Part shown: positions 1 through 9,017 of the stretch, in pieces
Layout of the letters: each line of letters starts with the position of its first letter
Numbering within the stretch: the stretch's first letter is position 1
Origin: a virus
DNA: 64,000 nucleotides
Virus record (IMG/VR): IMGVR_UViG_3300035698_017588
Span: 1-64,000 of that record
Strand: one strand, 5' to 3'
Notes under the pieces: generated by a model
Told to the model about the DNA's origin: nothing
The model's input: the letters and a program-made list of their open reading frames with translations, nothing else
Database searches by the model: none
Program-made: the position numbers and the translations under genes

Positions 1-489
1 ATCCCAGATATCAACTATACCATCGAATTTCATCAATCTCCAAGGGTCGACACTAGCTCGATAGGCATCAGTGTCCTCAATAACCAATTCGTCATGCTTA
101 TCTGCATGGTAGCTTGGTACGGTGACGCCACAGGCGAATGACTCAAATTGTTCGAGGTAGTCTATGGTTTCCACAACCCGGAATTTCGGCGTAATGTCAG
201 TGTGCAAGACCATGATTGGGCTATCGTCGAATAGGGCATCTGCATGTTCCCACATCGTAAGGATGCAGCTGGTTTCGAACAATATGGAGTTGTAAGAAGC
301 ATAACCTGGGAAGAAGTCTGATTCGCACAGACCGTCCCTGTAAGCGTGTGTTAATCCACAATTAATATGGGTTATATTGACCCGTCGAGATCGGAAGTCC
401 TTCAAGCGAATTAGATTCAAGCTATTGGGATGGTGGAGTATGACGACGTTCAAAGCTAAATCTCGGTTGATAATAAGTAAAAGATCCAT
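1..489 (-). CDS. hypothetical protein, truncated at the window edge (possibly glycosyltransferase-like)
   Basis: Read by hand: open frame from ATG at 489 (MDLLLIINRDLALNVVILHHPNS...IMVLHTDITPK...) to position 1 with no stop; absent from the ORF track because it runs off the edge; next to the GT cluster. Confidence 0.6.
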   Translation of the reverse strand, partial: MDLLLIINRDLALNVVILHHPNSLNLIRLKDFRSRRVNITHINCGLTHAYRDGLCESDFFPGYASYNSILFETSCILTMWEHADALFDDSPIMVLHTDITPKFRVVETIDYLEQFESFACGVTVPSYHADKHDELVIEDTDAYRASVDPWRLMKFDGIVDIWD

Positions 490-505
490 CACCCCGGAAA
501 ATATT

Positions 506-841
506 ATGCCTTACAAAGACCCCGAAGCTCGGAAAAAGTTCGATGAAAAGAGAAAATCCGATCCTAAATTCATAGAACAGAGAAGATTTATCGCAGCTGC
601 CAAATCCGTTGCAAACAAGGTTAAGGCCGTCTTATATAAAGGCGGGAAGTGTCAAAAATGTGACTACGACAGATGCTACGCATCTCTTGACTTTCATCAC
701 AGAGATCCCACCCAAAAAGATGGAGTATGGAACAAGTTTAAGGGACGATCGTGGGCCAAAATCAAAAAAGAACTGGACAAATGTGACTTGCTTTGTGCGA
801 ATTGTCATCGAGAAGAACATTTCAATAAGGATGCCGCATAA
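506..841 (+). CDS. HNH endonuclease
   Basis: MPYKDPE start; CQKC...LDFHHRDP...CDLLCANCHREEH HNH/Zn motifs; AT-rich relative to neighbours. Confidence 0.85.
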   Translation: MPYKDPEARKKFDEKRKSDPKFIEQRRFIAAAKSVANKVKAVLYKGGKCQKCDYDRCYASLDFHHRDPTQKDGVWNKFKGRSWAKIKKELDKCDLLCANCHREEHFNKDAA

Positions 842-941
842 CACATGATTGACTATTTTAAAAACAGAGACATAAAATATGTTAAAAATGGAATTCTAGT
901 TAATTATGACGAAGAGATAAATTATGTCAAAGAGATGCCGA

Positions 942-1757
942 TCATGAATATTGAGAGTTCTTGATTGTTACAGCAAATCGTGGGACGTCGATACGTTGAT
1001 TGAATTGGTCTTTCATGCCGAATGGGATGTAGCTAACGATTCGACCGTCGTCCCATTGGCAGTATGGAGCACAGAGTTGAGTGAATCGCATACCCCATTT
1101 CTTATGAAGTTGTATTAGTCTGCCAAGGAAACTAGAATCTTGGTAAAGACTGGCGGAGTATTGTCCGCAATGCTGAATATCGAAGTCGGCGGCAGCCAAT
1201 TGGTATCCAGTAGATCTAGCTTGGAGGCAGTAGTCAAGCCCGTAGAGATGGAAGCCTTGCCAGCTTGGGTCGAAGCGTAGGCCGGAGTTTCTGTCGATTA
1301 GCATGAAGACTTCGTCGACGCTTTGGACTAAGTGGAAGCCTTTAGAGCCAGACCAAGTCGGGTTGTTGTCTTGGTCGTAGATGTTTCCGACTGTGGCGTT
1401 TGGGATGTCATTGAGACCCCATTTGCCGAGCAGTTCTGGGTAAATTGTGTCTCGTATACCGGCAGCACCGACTAATGCTACGTTGTCTGGGTAATTCTTT
1501 ATTATTGATGCTAGTTTTTTGGATGAGGACGGTTTGAATTTTACGTCTTGATGCACGTATAATAGGAATCTGTCTTTGCATATTTCTAAAGCGATGTTGG
1601 CAGCTATAGACGCAGAATAGACATTCCCCTCATTATAGATAGGTATTATATTGATGTCCAAGTCTTCACGCAAACATGAAATAGATTCCAGCACGCAAGC
1701 TTGAAAAGCTTCAATATTGGACACACAACACGCCACTGTTAATCGAGGCTTACTCAT
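942..1757 (-). CDS. GT-A fold glycosyltransferase (Glyco_tranf_2_5/StrF-like)
   Basis: LLYVHQDV DxD-like motif, LVGAAG, VQSVDEVFM, FHLYGLDYCLQ. Confidence 0.8.
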   Translation of the reverse strand: MSKPRLTVACCVSNIEAFQACVLESISCLREDLDINIIPIYNEGNVYSASIAANIALEICKDRFLLYVHQDVKFKPSSSKKLASIIKNYPDNVALVGAAGIRDTIYPELLGKWGLNDIPNATVGNIYDQDNNPTWSGSKGFHLVQSVDEVFMLIDRNSGLRFDPSWQGFHLYGLDYCLQARSTGYQLAAADFDIQHCGQYSASLYQDSSFLGRLIQLHKKWGMRFTQLCAPYCQWDDGRIVSYIPFGMKDQFNQRIDVPRFAVTIKNSQYS

Positions 1758-1983
1758 GGCTAACACCACACTCGTTCGAATCACAAATACAACTAGTCAA
1801 GTCGTTTCTGTTATGGTCAACGCGATTGATCCTCGGAAATCGAATCCGCAAAGCACGATTCGTCCGCAAGAAGACGGCTTGTACCAGATGACTTCCGGTA
1901 GCACAATGACAGTGGAGCTTCAGCGAATCAGTGTGGGTCAACTTGACAACCTGCAGAACTTGGGACAAATCACTTACGCATAG
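1756..1983 (+). CDS. small hypothetical protein
   Basis: 75-aa ORF MANTTLVRITN...; fills the gap between two GT genes. Confidence 0.55.
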   Translation: MANTTLVRITNTTSQVVSVMVNAIDPRKSNPQSTIRPQEDGLYQMTSGSTMTVELQRISVGQLDNLQNLGQITYA

Positions 1984-2698
1984 CCCCGTCCCAATTGTCT
2001 TAACTAGTTATCACCGCCCGAAAACATTCGAGAGGTGTGTTACTAGTGTGGTTAGAGCTACACGCCAACCTATCTACATCATCGACAACTCACAAGGTAA
2101 GATCGATGAACAACTTCGCTGGGCACAAGAAGATCTTGGAATAAAGATTATTCGCAACAGTGAGAATCTTGGCAAGCCGACCTCTATCAGAAGGCATTGG
2201 TCCAAAACCCCACAGGGTCAATGGTTCATCACCATGGACCCTGATGTGATTGTCCCTGAAAATGGGATCGATGACCTAATCTACTGTGCCAATAGTATGT
2301 CAGAAGAAGGATACCAAATAGGTATCATATGCCCGGCCTTGGAGCAAAAAGGTAGAATATGGGCTAAGCAATTGGAAAAGAAGAATCTCGTGATGCACAA
2401 TTGGAACGAGATGACAAGAATCAAGCAAGACGTTTATTTCAATTCATCCCTAGCCGGATGTTTAATGCTCGTCAACAATCTATTCTACAACCACATTGGC
2501 GGATTCATAGGATGTAGGATGTATAACGATGACGACGGATGGTTGTGCAATGAATCCGTGAAGCATGGGCTCTTAAATCTTATCAACAGTAATGTGATAT
2601 GTGAGCACGATTTGAGTGAAGAGACGTCGGGATATCGGACTTGGAAAGACCGGAATTCTACACTACAAATTGATCAGTTAGGATACTGGGATCAGTAA
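1931..2698 (+). CDS. family 2 glycosyltransferase
   Basis: IVLTSYHRP, IIDNS, NSENLG, FITMDPDV, YNDDD motifs; start codon uncertain (GTG 1931). Confidence 0.8.
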   Translation: MWVNLTTCRTWDKSLTHSPVPIVLTSYHRPKTFERCVTSVVRATRQPIYIIDNSQGKIDEQLRWAQEDLGIKIIRNSENLGKPTSIRRHWSKTPQGQWFITMDPDVIVPENGIDDLIYCANSMSEEGYQIGIICPALEQKGRIWAKQLEKKNLVMHNWNEMTRIKQDVYFNSSLAGCLMLVNNLFYNHIGGFIGCRMYNDDDGWLCNESVKHGLLNLINSNVICEHDLSEETSGYRTWKDRNSTLQIDQLGYWDQ

Positions 2699-3290
2699 TC
2701 CCATCATAGAATTCATTGATTAACCACGATTCTTTTTCCAACAGCTGCTTTAAAATCTCCGGCTTATAGATAGCCACGTCTTTTGCAGTTTGGCCGATTT
2801 TTCCAGACGTATTGGTCCGTGGAACATTGTTTATTTGTTCTCGTGTTACGTCGTAACCCATTTTGATGAGAAATCTGAACAATCCGTCAGTCAATTGTTC
2901 GTTTTTGATGATGTGCTCTACTCGTTGATTCCTTTTCTTGTATAGAAAAAGCTTGGTGAGACTTGTCAGACGACCGTTTGGATCGTAGTCCATCACATTC
3001 TGTACGAACTGGTTAAAGTCATTTGAGGCACATTCCCAGTCTATGGGGTGCAACGGCATCCAGCCTATTCTAATGCGATGGTACCAACGAGATTGATACC
3101 AAGTCACTGGGTGCCGGATACTGATAAGAGTCGGCAGATTGATGCCCCTCTTGGGCATCGCGAATGATGAAGCATGGTGTTGGCAGACTTCTTCGCCAGT
3201 GATCCCAAGCTCTTGAATGACTCTTCGTATATGCTGTCCGCCAGTTTTCGGCAGATGAGCAAATACGAATTTATCAGTTACTAGGGACAT
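2658..3290 (-). CDS. sulfotransferase (Sulfotransfer_2-like)
   Basis: FAHLPKTGG 5'-PSB loop and IRHPVTWYQS 3'-PB motif. Confidence 0.8.
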   Translation of the reverse strand: MSLVTDKFVFAHLPKTGGQHIRRVIQELGITGEEVCQHHASSFAMPKRGINLPTLISIRHPVTWYQSRWYHRIRIGWMPLHPIDWECASNDFNQFVQNVMDYDPNGRLTSLTKLFLYKKRNQRVEHIIKNEQLTDGLFRFLIKMGYDVTREQINNVPRTNTSGKIGQTAKDVAIYKPEILKQLLEKESWLINEFYDGITDPSILTDQFVV

Positions 3291-4248
3291 TTGCTACTAG
3301 ATCCGTTGCTTCTTTATGCCATCCTAACGCATTAAACAGCGTAGCTAGGCGATGGTGGTAAGTATGGTTGTTCATAACCTGCTTGTGGATTCGATCTGCC
3401 AATTCGATCCGTTCATCTGTCTTCACCATGTAATGCAAATGGATACCAGCGTATTCTTCGGGATTTCTAGCCATTGGCAAATCTGGAAGAAGCCGATGCA
3501 GAGTAGGAACTGGATCATGGATCGGCAAACAACCGCAAGCGGCTACCTTCCAAACACGTTCTGGCAAGTCAAATCCCCATTTCTGAGTATGTGGCTCTGA
3601 AATGCATGGGCCGATTTGAGCCCGGTTGAACGTTGGTGTGACTTTGTCTTCGGGAAGTATACCGTGGCTTAACCCGTCTTGCCACTCTCCCCAACCGTGG
3701 ATTTCGACTTTGTAATTGTAAGGAGCGACGTGCCTGATCATTGGAATGAGGTATGCGTCAATGCTTTTGGCTTTGTAGGCCCAACGACCACCAATATAAG
3801 CGGCTGCGAGGGCACGATGTTCTGGTGGAGCTGTTCGCTTGAAGATCGTAGCATCAGCCCCGGTGGGCATTGGGCACCATGGGATTCCAAGCTTTTCTTT
3901 CCAGTATTGCCAATACACTCGGTCTTCTTCGAATCCGTAACCAAAGACGAGAGACGGGTTCATATCTCGAATATATTGGATCGAATCGGCTGATTCATTG
4001 ATGGCCCCGCAATCCATTGGTCCGTAAGGATTGACGTGCATTGCGAATTTGCAGCTTGGGTCTTTGGGAACGGGCTGTCGGTGTCCTGATGATCCGATAT
4101 AAAGATCGGGCGAGAACACTTTCCATGACTCAATCAGTCCGTCCCAACGTTGCACTTTATGCCCAGCAGAACGAAGAGTGTTAGCCCAGCTATCGGTAAT
4201 GTAGCCAAAAGCACCACCTGGTCGATGAACCAACATTATTCTTTTCAT
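3274..4248 (-). CDS. GT-B glycosyltransferase (Glyco_trans_1_2/CgeB-like)
   Basis: ERVWKVAACG and C-terminal NHTYHHRL motifs. Confidence 0.75.
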   Translation of the reverse strand: MKRIMLVHRPGGAFGYITDSWANTLRSAGHKVQRWDGLIESWKVFSPDLYIGSSGHRQPVPKDPSCKFAMHVNPYGPMDCGAINESADSIQYIRDMNPSLVFGYGFEEDRVYWQYWKEKLGIPWCPMPTGADATIFKRTAPPEHRALAAAYIGGRWAYKAKSIDAYLIPMIRHVAPYNYKVEIHGWGEWQDGLSHGILPEDKVTPTFNRAQIGPCISEPHTQKWGFDLPERVWKVAACGCLPIHDPVPTLHRLLPDLPMARNPEEYAGIHLHYMVKTDERIELADRIHKQVMNNHTYHHRLATLFNALGWHKEATDLVANVPSN

Positions 4249-4274
4249 GATTTACCCGATTTTTAGATTGTTCT

Positions 4275-6374
4275 CTAACTCAGGTATTTACCGTAACCTA
4301 GAGAGTGCAACTGTTTGTGTTGTAAACGAACACGTTGCTCGATTGTCATTTTATTCAATCGAGATGCGATCGATTTATTGTCATTATGATGGTCGTTCCA
4401 ATCAGCAGCACGACCATGCCATAAGTGGACTAAGTCGAATTCCGTCGAACAGAGCCATGATGGTGTGCTTCCGATTCTGGCATAGAAATCGCAGTCTTCG
4501 CAGCCATAGCCCCAGAAATCTTCGTTGAATGCACCGCGTTCCCAGAAAGTAGACATCCGGCATGCGAGTGAGCCACCTTCGAAGTAACCGACGATGCGTT
4601 CGAATTGCACATCATCAGGGACGTACCCTACTCGGTTCACACGATTCGTAGACTCCATGTTGAGGTAAATGACACGCCCGCAAATGTGGACTGATTCGTG
4701 CGATTGGAGTAAGTCATAAGTCCGTCTAATATAGTCAACGCGAGATAACATATCAGCGTCATGAAGAATGACTGAATCAGCGGTGCATTTTGCGACAGCA
4801 CGATTAAATGCTTTAGACTTGTTGAATAGGTCGTTGCCTTCGCCGCCTACGAACAAGTAGTTGACCGATGGATAATCATCTCTACTGAGTCGTTGTTCAG
4901 AGTCTTGCTCAACTAGCCATATGTCGATTTCGGGAAAAGATTGGCCGATTACTCCTTTGACTACGGATTTGATACTGTCTTGTCGTCCTTGGTCACCAGC
5001 GTCTCTACATGGGATGACGTATGAGATCTTTGGGACTACGGATTGCTCGCATGGGGGATGATAGGTTCTTGGGATTCGTTTTTCGAAGAGTGATTTATTA
5101 CGAACGTAGTGTTCTGTTTTGCTGTCGACTGATGTTGCTTCAGCGTGGATTCTGACGTATTCAGTGCTGCCTACTAAATCGTAAAACCCTGCGGGTTGCA
5201 GATTGAATTCTAATGGTCTCATTGACCAATCGACGTGTTCCATGCCATAAAATTGATATTGTGCGTCGAAGTAGCCGATCTTTTTGAGGCAGTGGTTCGA
5301 CATGTACAACATGGCACCATGTGGTTTATCGGGCACATAGTTCATGCGGATGTTTCTAAATTTCTTTTCTTCCCCTAATTTGGCACCGTAAACGTTGGGT
5401 TGTCTGTAGCAGAAATGGTGGAAGCCCGATGCTTTTGCTCCACGAACGTAGAATTCGATCCATCCGGGTTGCAAGAATTCAATGTCGTCGTTGCATATGA
5501 ACATGTGCTCGAATCGAGACATGCATCGTAGTAATCGGTTGGAATTACTGGAGATTCCGACGTTTTCGGAGTTTTTGATTACTACTATGCGGGAATCGGT
5601 TGCGATCTGAGAGAGGATAGTGAGTGTCTGTTTGCTGGTACTCGCATCATCTGAAATGAATAAAGTAGTCGTGTTCAGATCAATTGTTCTTTTGATCGAT
5701 TCGACGAGTCGCAGCAGCGATTTGCCGCGATTATACGAGAGTATGCCGATTGCGATACCGTTGCTGATTCGGTATGGTGCTTTGGCGTTGTTTTCTTTGT
5801 AGATCTGAGTCGCATCGCCCGATACGATCTTTCCGACTAACTGTTTTTCAGTTTTCTTGCGACCTTTGTAGATCCCGCCAGGGCGATGTTTGTGGATGGT
5901 GGGACGTTTGTCATGGACAACGGGCTGGCGACGTATACCTTTGTTGGTCGGGACGACTTCTACTGCTTCGGAGTTGCTTGTGGGCTTTGTGTGGACTCTT
6001 GGGGCCTTGGTAGGCGTTGTTTTGGGTGTTGAGGTTGGTGTTTGCTTGACCGATGGTTGAGGTACATCGGGAGTCTTGATTGGAGTGGTTTTGTGTGCGT
6101 TGATTCTTTGTTGGATATCGTTCTGTCGTTGAACTCGTGGCTTAGAACCCAGTTTGAGGTGATTCACTGGGGTATTAATAGAACTGTTGGTTCTAGGAAC
6201 AATTACATTGGATGGAGTGCTGGATTCATCTACTCGTTCAATATATCCACGAGCTGTGTATCTCTCGTAATATTCATCCAGATGTTTTCGTGCTTTGCCT
6301 TTTAGTCGAATCCGTTCCCCTGCGGGACCCATTAATTCAACTGTGTGCGGCCACGGGTTGATGTATTCTGGCAT
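4275..6374 (-). CDS. two-domain GT2/galactosyltransferase-like glycosyltransferase with Pro/Thr/Lys-rich N-terminal extension
   Basis: GILSYNR...ISDDAS...CNDDIE first GT2; ISYVIPCR...FNKSKAFN...LHDADM...FNEDFWGYGCEDCDF second domain. Confidence 0.85.
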   Translation of the reverse strand: MPEYINPWPHTVELMGPAGERIRLKGKARKHLDEYYERYTARGYIERVDESSTPSNVIVPRTNSSINTPVNHLKLGSKPRVQRQNDIQQRINAHKTTPIKTPDVPQPSVKQTPTSTPKTTPTKAPRVHTKPTSNSEAVEVVPTNKGIRRQPVVHDKRPTIHKHRPGGIYKGRKKTEKQLVGKIVSGDATQIYKENNAKAPYRISNGIAIGILSYNRGKSLLRLVESIKRTIDLNTTTLFISDDASTSKQTLTILSQIATDSRIVVIKNSENVGISSNSNRLLRCMSRFEHMFICNDDIEFLQPGWIEFYVRGAKASGFHHFCYRQPNVYGAKLGEEKKFRNIRMNYVPDKPHGAMLYMSNHCLKKIGYFDAQYQFYGMEHVDWSMRPLEFNLQPAGFYDLVGSTEYVRIHAEATSVDSKTEHYVRNKSLFEKRIPRTYHPPCEQSVVPKISYVIPCRDAGDQGRQDSIKSVVKGVIGQSFPEIDIWLVEQDSEQRLSRDDYPSVNYLFVGGEGNDLFNKSKAFNRAVAKCTADSVILHDADMLSRVDYIRRTYDLLQSHESVHICGRVIYLNMESTNRVNRVGYVPDDVQFERIVGYFEGGSLACRMSTFWERGAFNEDFWGYGCEDCDFYARIGSTPSWLCSTEFDLVHLWHGRAADWNDHHNDNKSIASRLNKMTIEQRVRLQHKQLHSLGYGKYLS

Positions 6375-6885
6375 AAAGTGGCCTTGATGTATCGCCGTTG
6401 ATGAACGTTTTGTTCGACGGTTTGAGAATTAATTCTTCATGTTGATTTGACATTTCATCAATTGAAGACTGGTCCAATGCTCCTTTACCCAATAGTTTTT
6501 GGGTGGAAAAATGGCCTTTTAACAATTGATCCAACATTCCAGGACTAATAAATTGCCCCTTCGGCTCCACGAAGTCAACTACGTTTAGATCTGCGTCGAA
6601 GAACATTTGGTACTTATTGATTCCTGAAGTGGAGGCAATAGGTATGAAACCTTCATTGAGAGACAATGCCTTCATATGTAATTCTTCTAGGTTGGTAATA
6701 ATATTACCACCCCAATCCGCGATCTGTAAAGTTACATCTACATTTTCACCCAATAGGGCAAAAATCGACAAGCCCGGTTTGTAGGGTTTAATGAAAAAGA
6801 CATTCTGACCGTACAAAGGTGAACCCGGTGCCAGATCCGAGATCTCGGGGGCTTTATACAAACCAGATTGGGAGACTGTGCTCAT
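6337..6885 (-). CDS. hypothetical protein
   Basis: 182-aa ORF tiling with its neighbours. Confidence 0.6.
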   Translation of the reverse strand: MSTVSQSGLYKAPEISDLAPGSPLYGQNVFFIKPYKPGLSIFALLGENVDVTLQIADWGGNIITNLEELHMKALSLNEGFIPIASTSGINKYQMFFDADLNVVDFVEPKGQFISPGMLDQLLKGHFSTQKLLGKGALDQSSIDEMSNQHEELILKPSNKTFINGDTSRPLYARIHQPVAAHS

Positions 6886-7153
6886 GTGAATGCCTTATGA
6901 TTGTGAATCTGCCACCTCTTGAATTACGAAGTTCTTCAAGGTTCAGTTTCTGTATTGATTTGCCGATCCCGTCTGTACGCACCAATAATGCAGGAAGCCC
7001 CGCGATCATGAAAGTGCAATCACTCGGTTGACGATAATCTATGAGAAATCCGTGCCACGTGCTAAACCACTTCGACCAAACAAGATAATCGCCGTAGAGT
7101 GGAACGTATGTGAGGATTGATTGAGTATGACATGCTGGTTTGATATCGTTCAT
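6854..7153 (-). CDS. hypothetical protein
   Basis: 99-aa ORF tiling with its neighbours. Confidence 0.55.
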   Translation of the reverse strand: MNDIKPACHTQSILTYVPLYGDYLVWSKWFSTWHGFLIDYRQPSDCTFMIAGLPALLVRTDGIGKSIQKLNLEELRNSRGGRFTIIRHSHEHSLPIWFV

Positions 7154-7161
7154 CAGTGAGC

Positions 7162-8013
7162 TTAATCATTGTCCGCCATGGTCAACCGGTCCGCAATCGG
7201 ATCATAAAAGTAAGTAGAGTCGCCCACGACCCATTTAATACGGTCACCATCTCGTTCGCCGCCCGTGCACTTCTTAATGAATGAATTGACGGCTGAATTT
7301 TCACCTATCCTGAGTGGTATAATACTCTCACCTTCATTGATTGGTATAGACGAAGGTGGAGCTTCTTCTTGATCTGCACCAAGAATAGCATCCTTAATGA
7401 TTTCCATGTAAGGTGGATGGTCGGTCGAGGTATTAACATGGAATTCTTGTTCACCCACGTTGAGACTCACTACTCGACCAGATCCAGGCTTACGTTCTTT
7501 GAGAACTTTGATGATTCGTTTCACATCAGCGAGAGAGCTGATGATAGTAACTTCTTCAGATCCTCGTCGAAATTCACGTTCACGTGCCTGACTTAGCAGG
7601 GCTTCGGGGTTATATTCGTTCATTTCTTGTCCGAAACTGACCAATGGTGACACAAGTTCGATAGCTGTAACTCTACCGCGATGCAGCAGCTTGTACGAAG
7701 TATTTAGCCAATTGGTGGTCCTCTGAAGTGCAAACAGAATAATAGGCAGCAATAACCAATTGGTAGCCCAAGATAATAGCAATGCACCTGGGATAGAGTA
7801 AATGACACTCATGCATTGCCCACAGGTGATCCACTTATACAGAGTCCAGTTGTACCACACTGGATTCTCTGCGTACCTGGGAGTGATTCTAGAATGAATC
7901 AGGGCGTGACTGATATCTGAGTCTTTTACTAACTCAATTATAGCTTCGGTCGCTAGAGCGACGAAAAAGAATGCTATTACTGGATAATATGGCGACAAGA
8001 GAAATTCGTGCAT
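7162..8013 (-). CDS. membrane protein with CxxC (DUF1360-like N-terminus)
   Basis: Hydrophobic segments flanking KWITCGQCMSV; soluble C-terminal part; ATG at 8013 chosen. Confidence 0.55.
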   Translation of the reverse strand: MHEFLLSPYYPVIAFFFVALATEAIIELVKDSDISHALIHSRITPRYAENPVWYNWTLYKWITCGQCMSVIYSIPGALLLSWATNWLLLPIILFALQRTTNWLNTSYKLLHRGRVTAIELVSPLVSFGQEMNEYNPEALLSQAREREFRRGSEEVTIISSLADVKRIIKVLKERKPGSGRVVSLNVGEQEFHVNTSTDHPPYMEIIKDAILGADQEEAPPSSIPINEGESIIPLRIGENSAVNSFIKKCTGGERDGDRIKWVVGDSTYFYDPIADRLTMADND

Positions 8014-8264
8014 TGTTTCCGGGGCCTTCCGCCAACACGGGTCATCATAACTGTATGCTGGCAGAGGGGGCACTTCTCAGCGTCGGGCCGTCTAACAGCT
8101 CGTGGGACCGACGTACGTTCGCCTGTCTTTTGATTATTTACAAAGACACGCATAGTGGAAGGCGGTTTTAGATTCACGGCCTGTGGAGATACTGCCTGAT
8201 TATTAGCAGTCTGAGGGGTAATTTGAACGCGAAGAGGTCTTTTACTTCCACCGCAACAAGCCAT
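7977..8264 (-). CDS. small Cys-rich (Zn-ribbon) protein
   Basis: MACCGG start; CPLC...CTNFSC. Confidence 0.6.
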   Translation of the reverse strand: MACCGGSKRPLRVQITPQTANNQAVSPQAVNLKPPSTMRVFVNNQKTGERTSVPRAVRRPDAEKCPLCQHTVMMTRVGGRPRKQCTNFSCRHIIQ

Positions 8265-8318
8265 AACTTCACCTAGATGGAAAAATGCTGTTTTATCATT
8301 CTTATCTTTGTAAGAAGA

Positions 8319-8762
8319 TCATTTCACGATCTTAGAACGATAAAGATTTGTCCGATCTTTACTATTGGTGCAAGCCTCAATCTCGGACTCTGTCGCACCA
8401 ACGCTCTCAAGTATAGCCACTTGATCAGGTTTCTTGCCTCTCCCGAAGCGTTTCGTTAGCTGCCGGGTACCAACAGGATGTAGAGGACCTTGGTCACGTT
8501 CGAGATAGTCCGCCATAGCACGTAGAACTGTCGGAAGGTCCCATTTACCGTGGATACATCGAGACTTATGGAAGTTCTCGATCTTTCCAAGTAGAGCGTT
8601 GCCTTCAGAAGACACAACTGCACGAATCCTACCGGATTTATGATCATGATCGACGACAGGAATTAATTCCTCATGGCCCAGAATTGGGCAATGTGGTGGA
8701 ATATTCTCTTCTCGCCATTGGGCCAGACGCGATTGTGGTACGTAATCGTCGTACTGGGCCAT
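8319..8762 (-). CDS. recombination endonuclease VII-like (T4 gp49 family)
   Basis: CPILG...VVDHDHKSGRIRAVV...NALLGKIE. Confidence 0.8.
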   Translation of the reverse strand: MAQYDDYVPQSRLAQWREENIPPHCPILGHEELIPVVDHDHKSGRIRAVVSSEGNALLGKIENFHKSRCIHGKWDLPTVLRAMADYLERDQGPLHPVGTRQLTKRFGRGKKPDQVAILESVGATESEIEACTNSKDRTNLYRSKIVK

Positions 8763-8763
8763 A

Positions 8764-9015
8764 TTAGTTCTCTGTCACGATCATTGTGTTGAGAACTGAA
8801 ACTGGTGAAAAACCAGCCAGATCCTCTAACGCGAGATAATCCTCGATGTTAGGTGAGTTCACAGAACTCGGGATCAACGGATCTGGGATAACCCGCATAT
8901 CTGTCTCGGCAGCAAGAGCTACTTGCTGGATAGTGGTGGCGGGATCGTTTTTGTCAACGACGTTACCGTTGGAGTCGATAAGCGTTGGTTTGACGTAAAC
9001 TGTGTGGACTGCCAT
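8764..9015 (-). CDS. hypothetical protein
   Basis: 83-aa ORF, 1-2 nt spacing to neighbours. Confidence 0.6.
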   Translation of the reverse strand: MAVHTVYVKPTLIDSNGNVVDKNDPATTIQQVALAAETDMRVIPDPLIPSSVNSPNIEDYLALEDLAGFSPVSVLNTMIVTEN

Positions 9016-9017
9016 GA

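Noticed and set aside
377-505. Longer N-terminus for the HNH ORF
   Set aside because: Overlaps the minus-strand ORF starting at 489; MPYKDPE at 506 is the more plausible start
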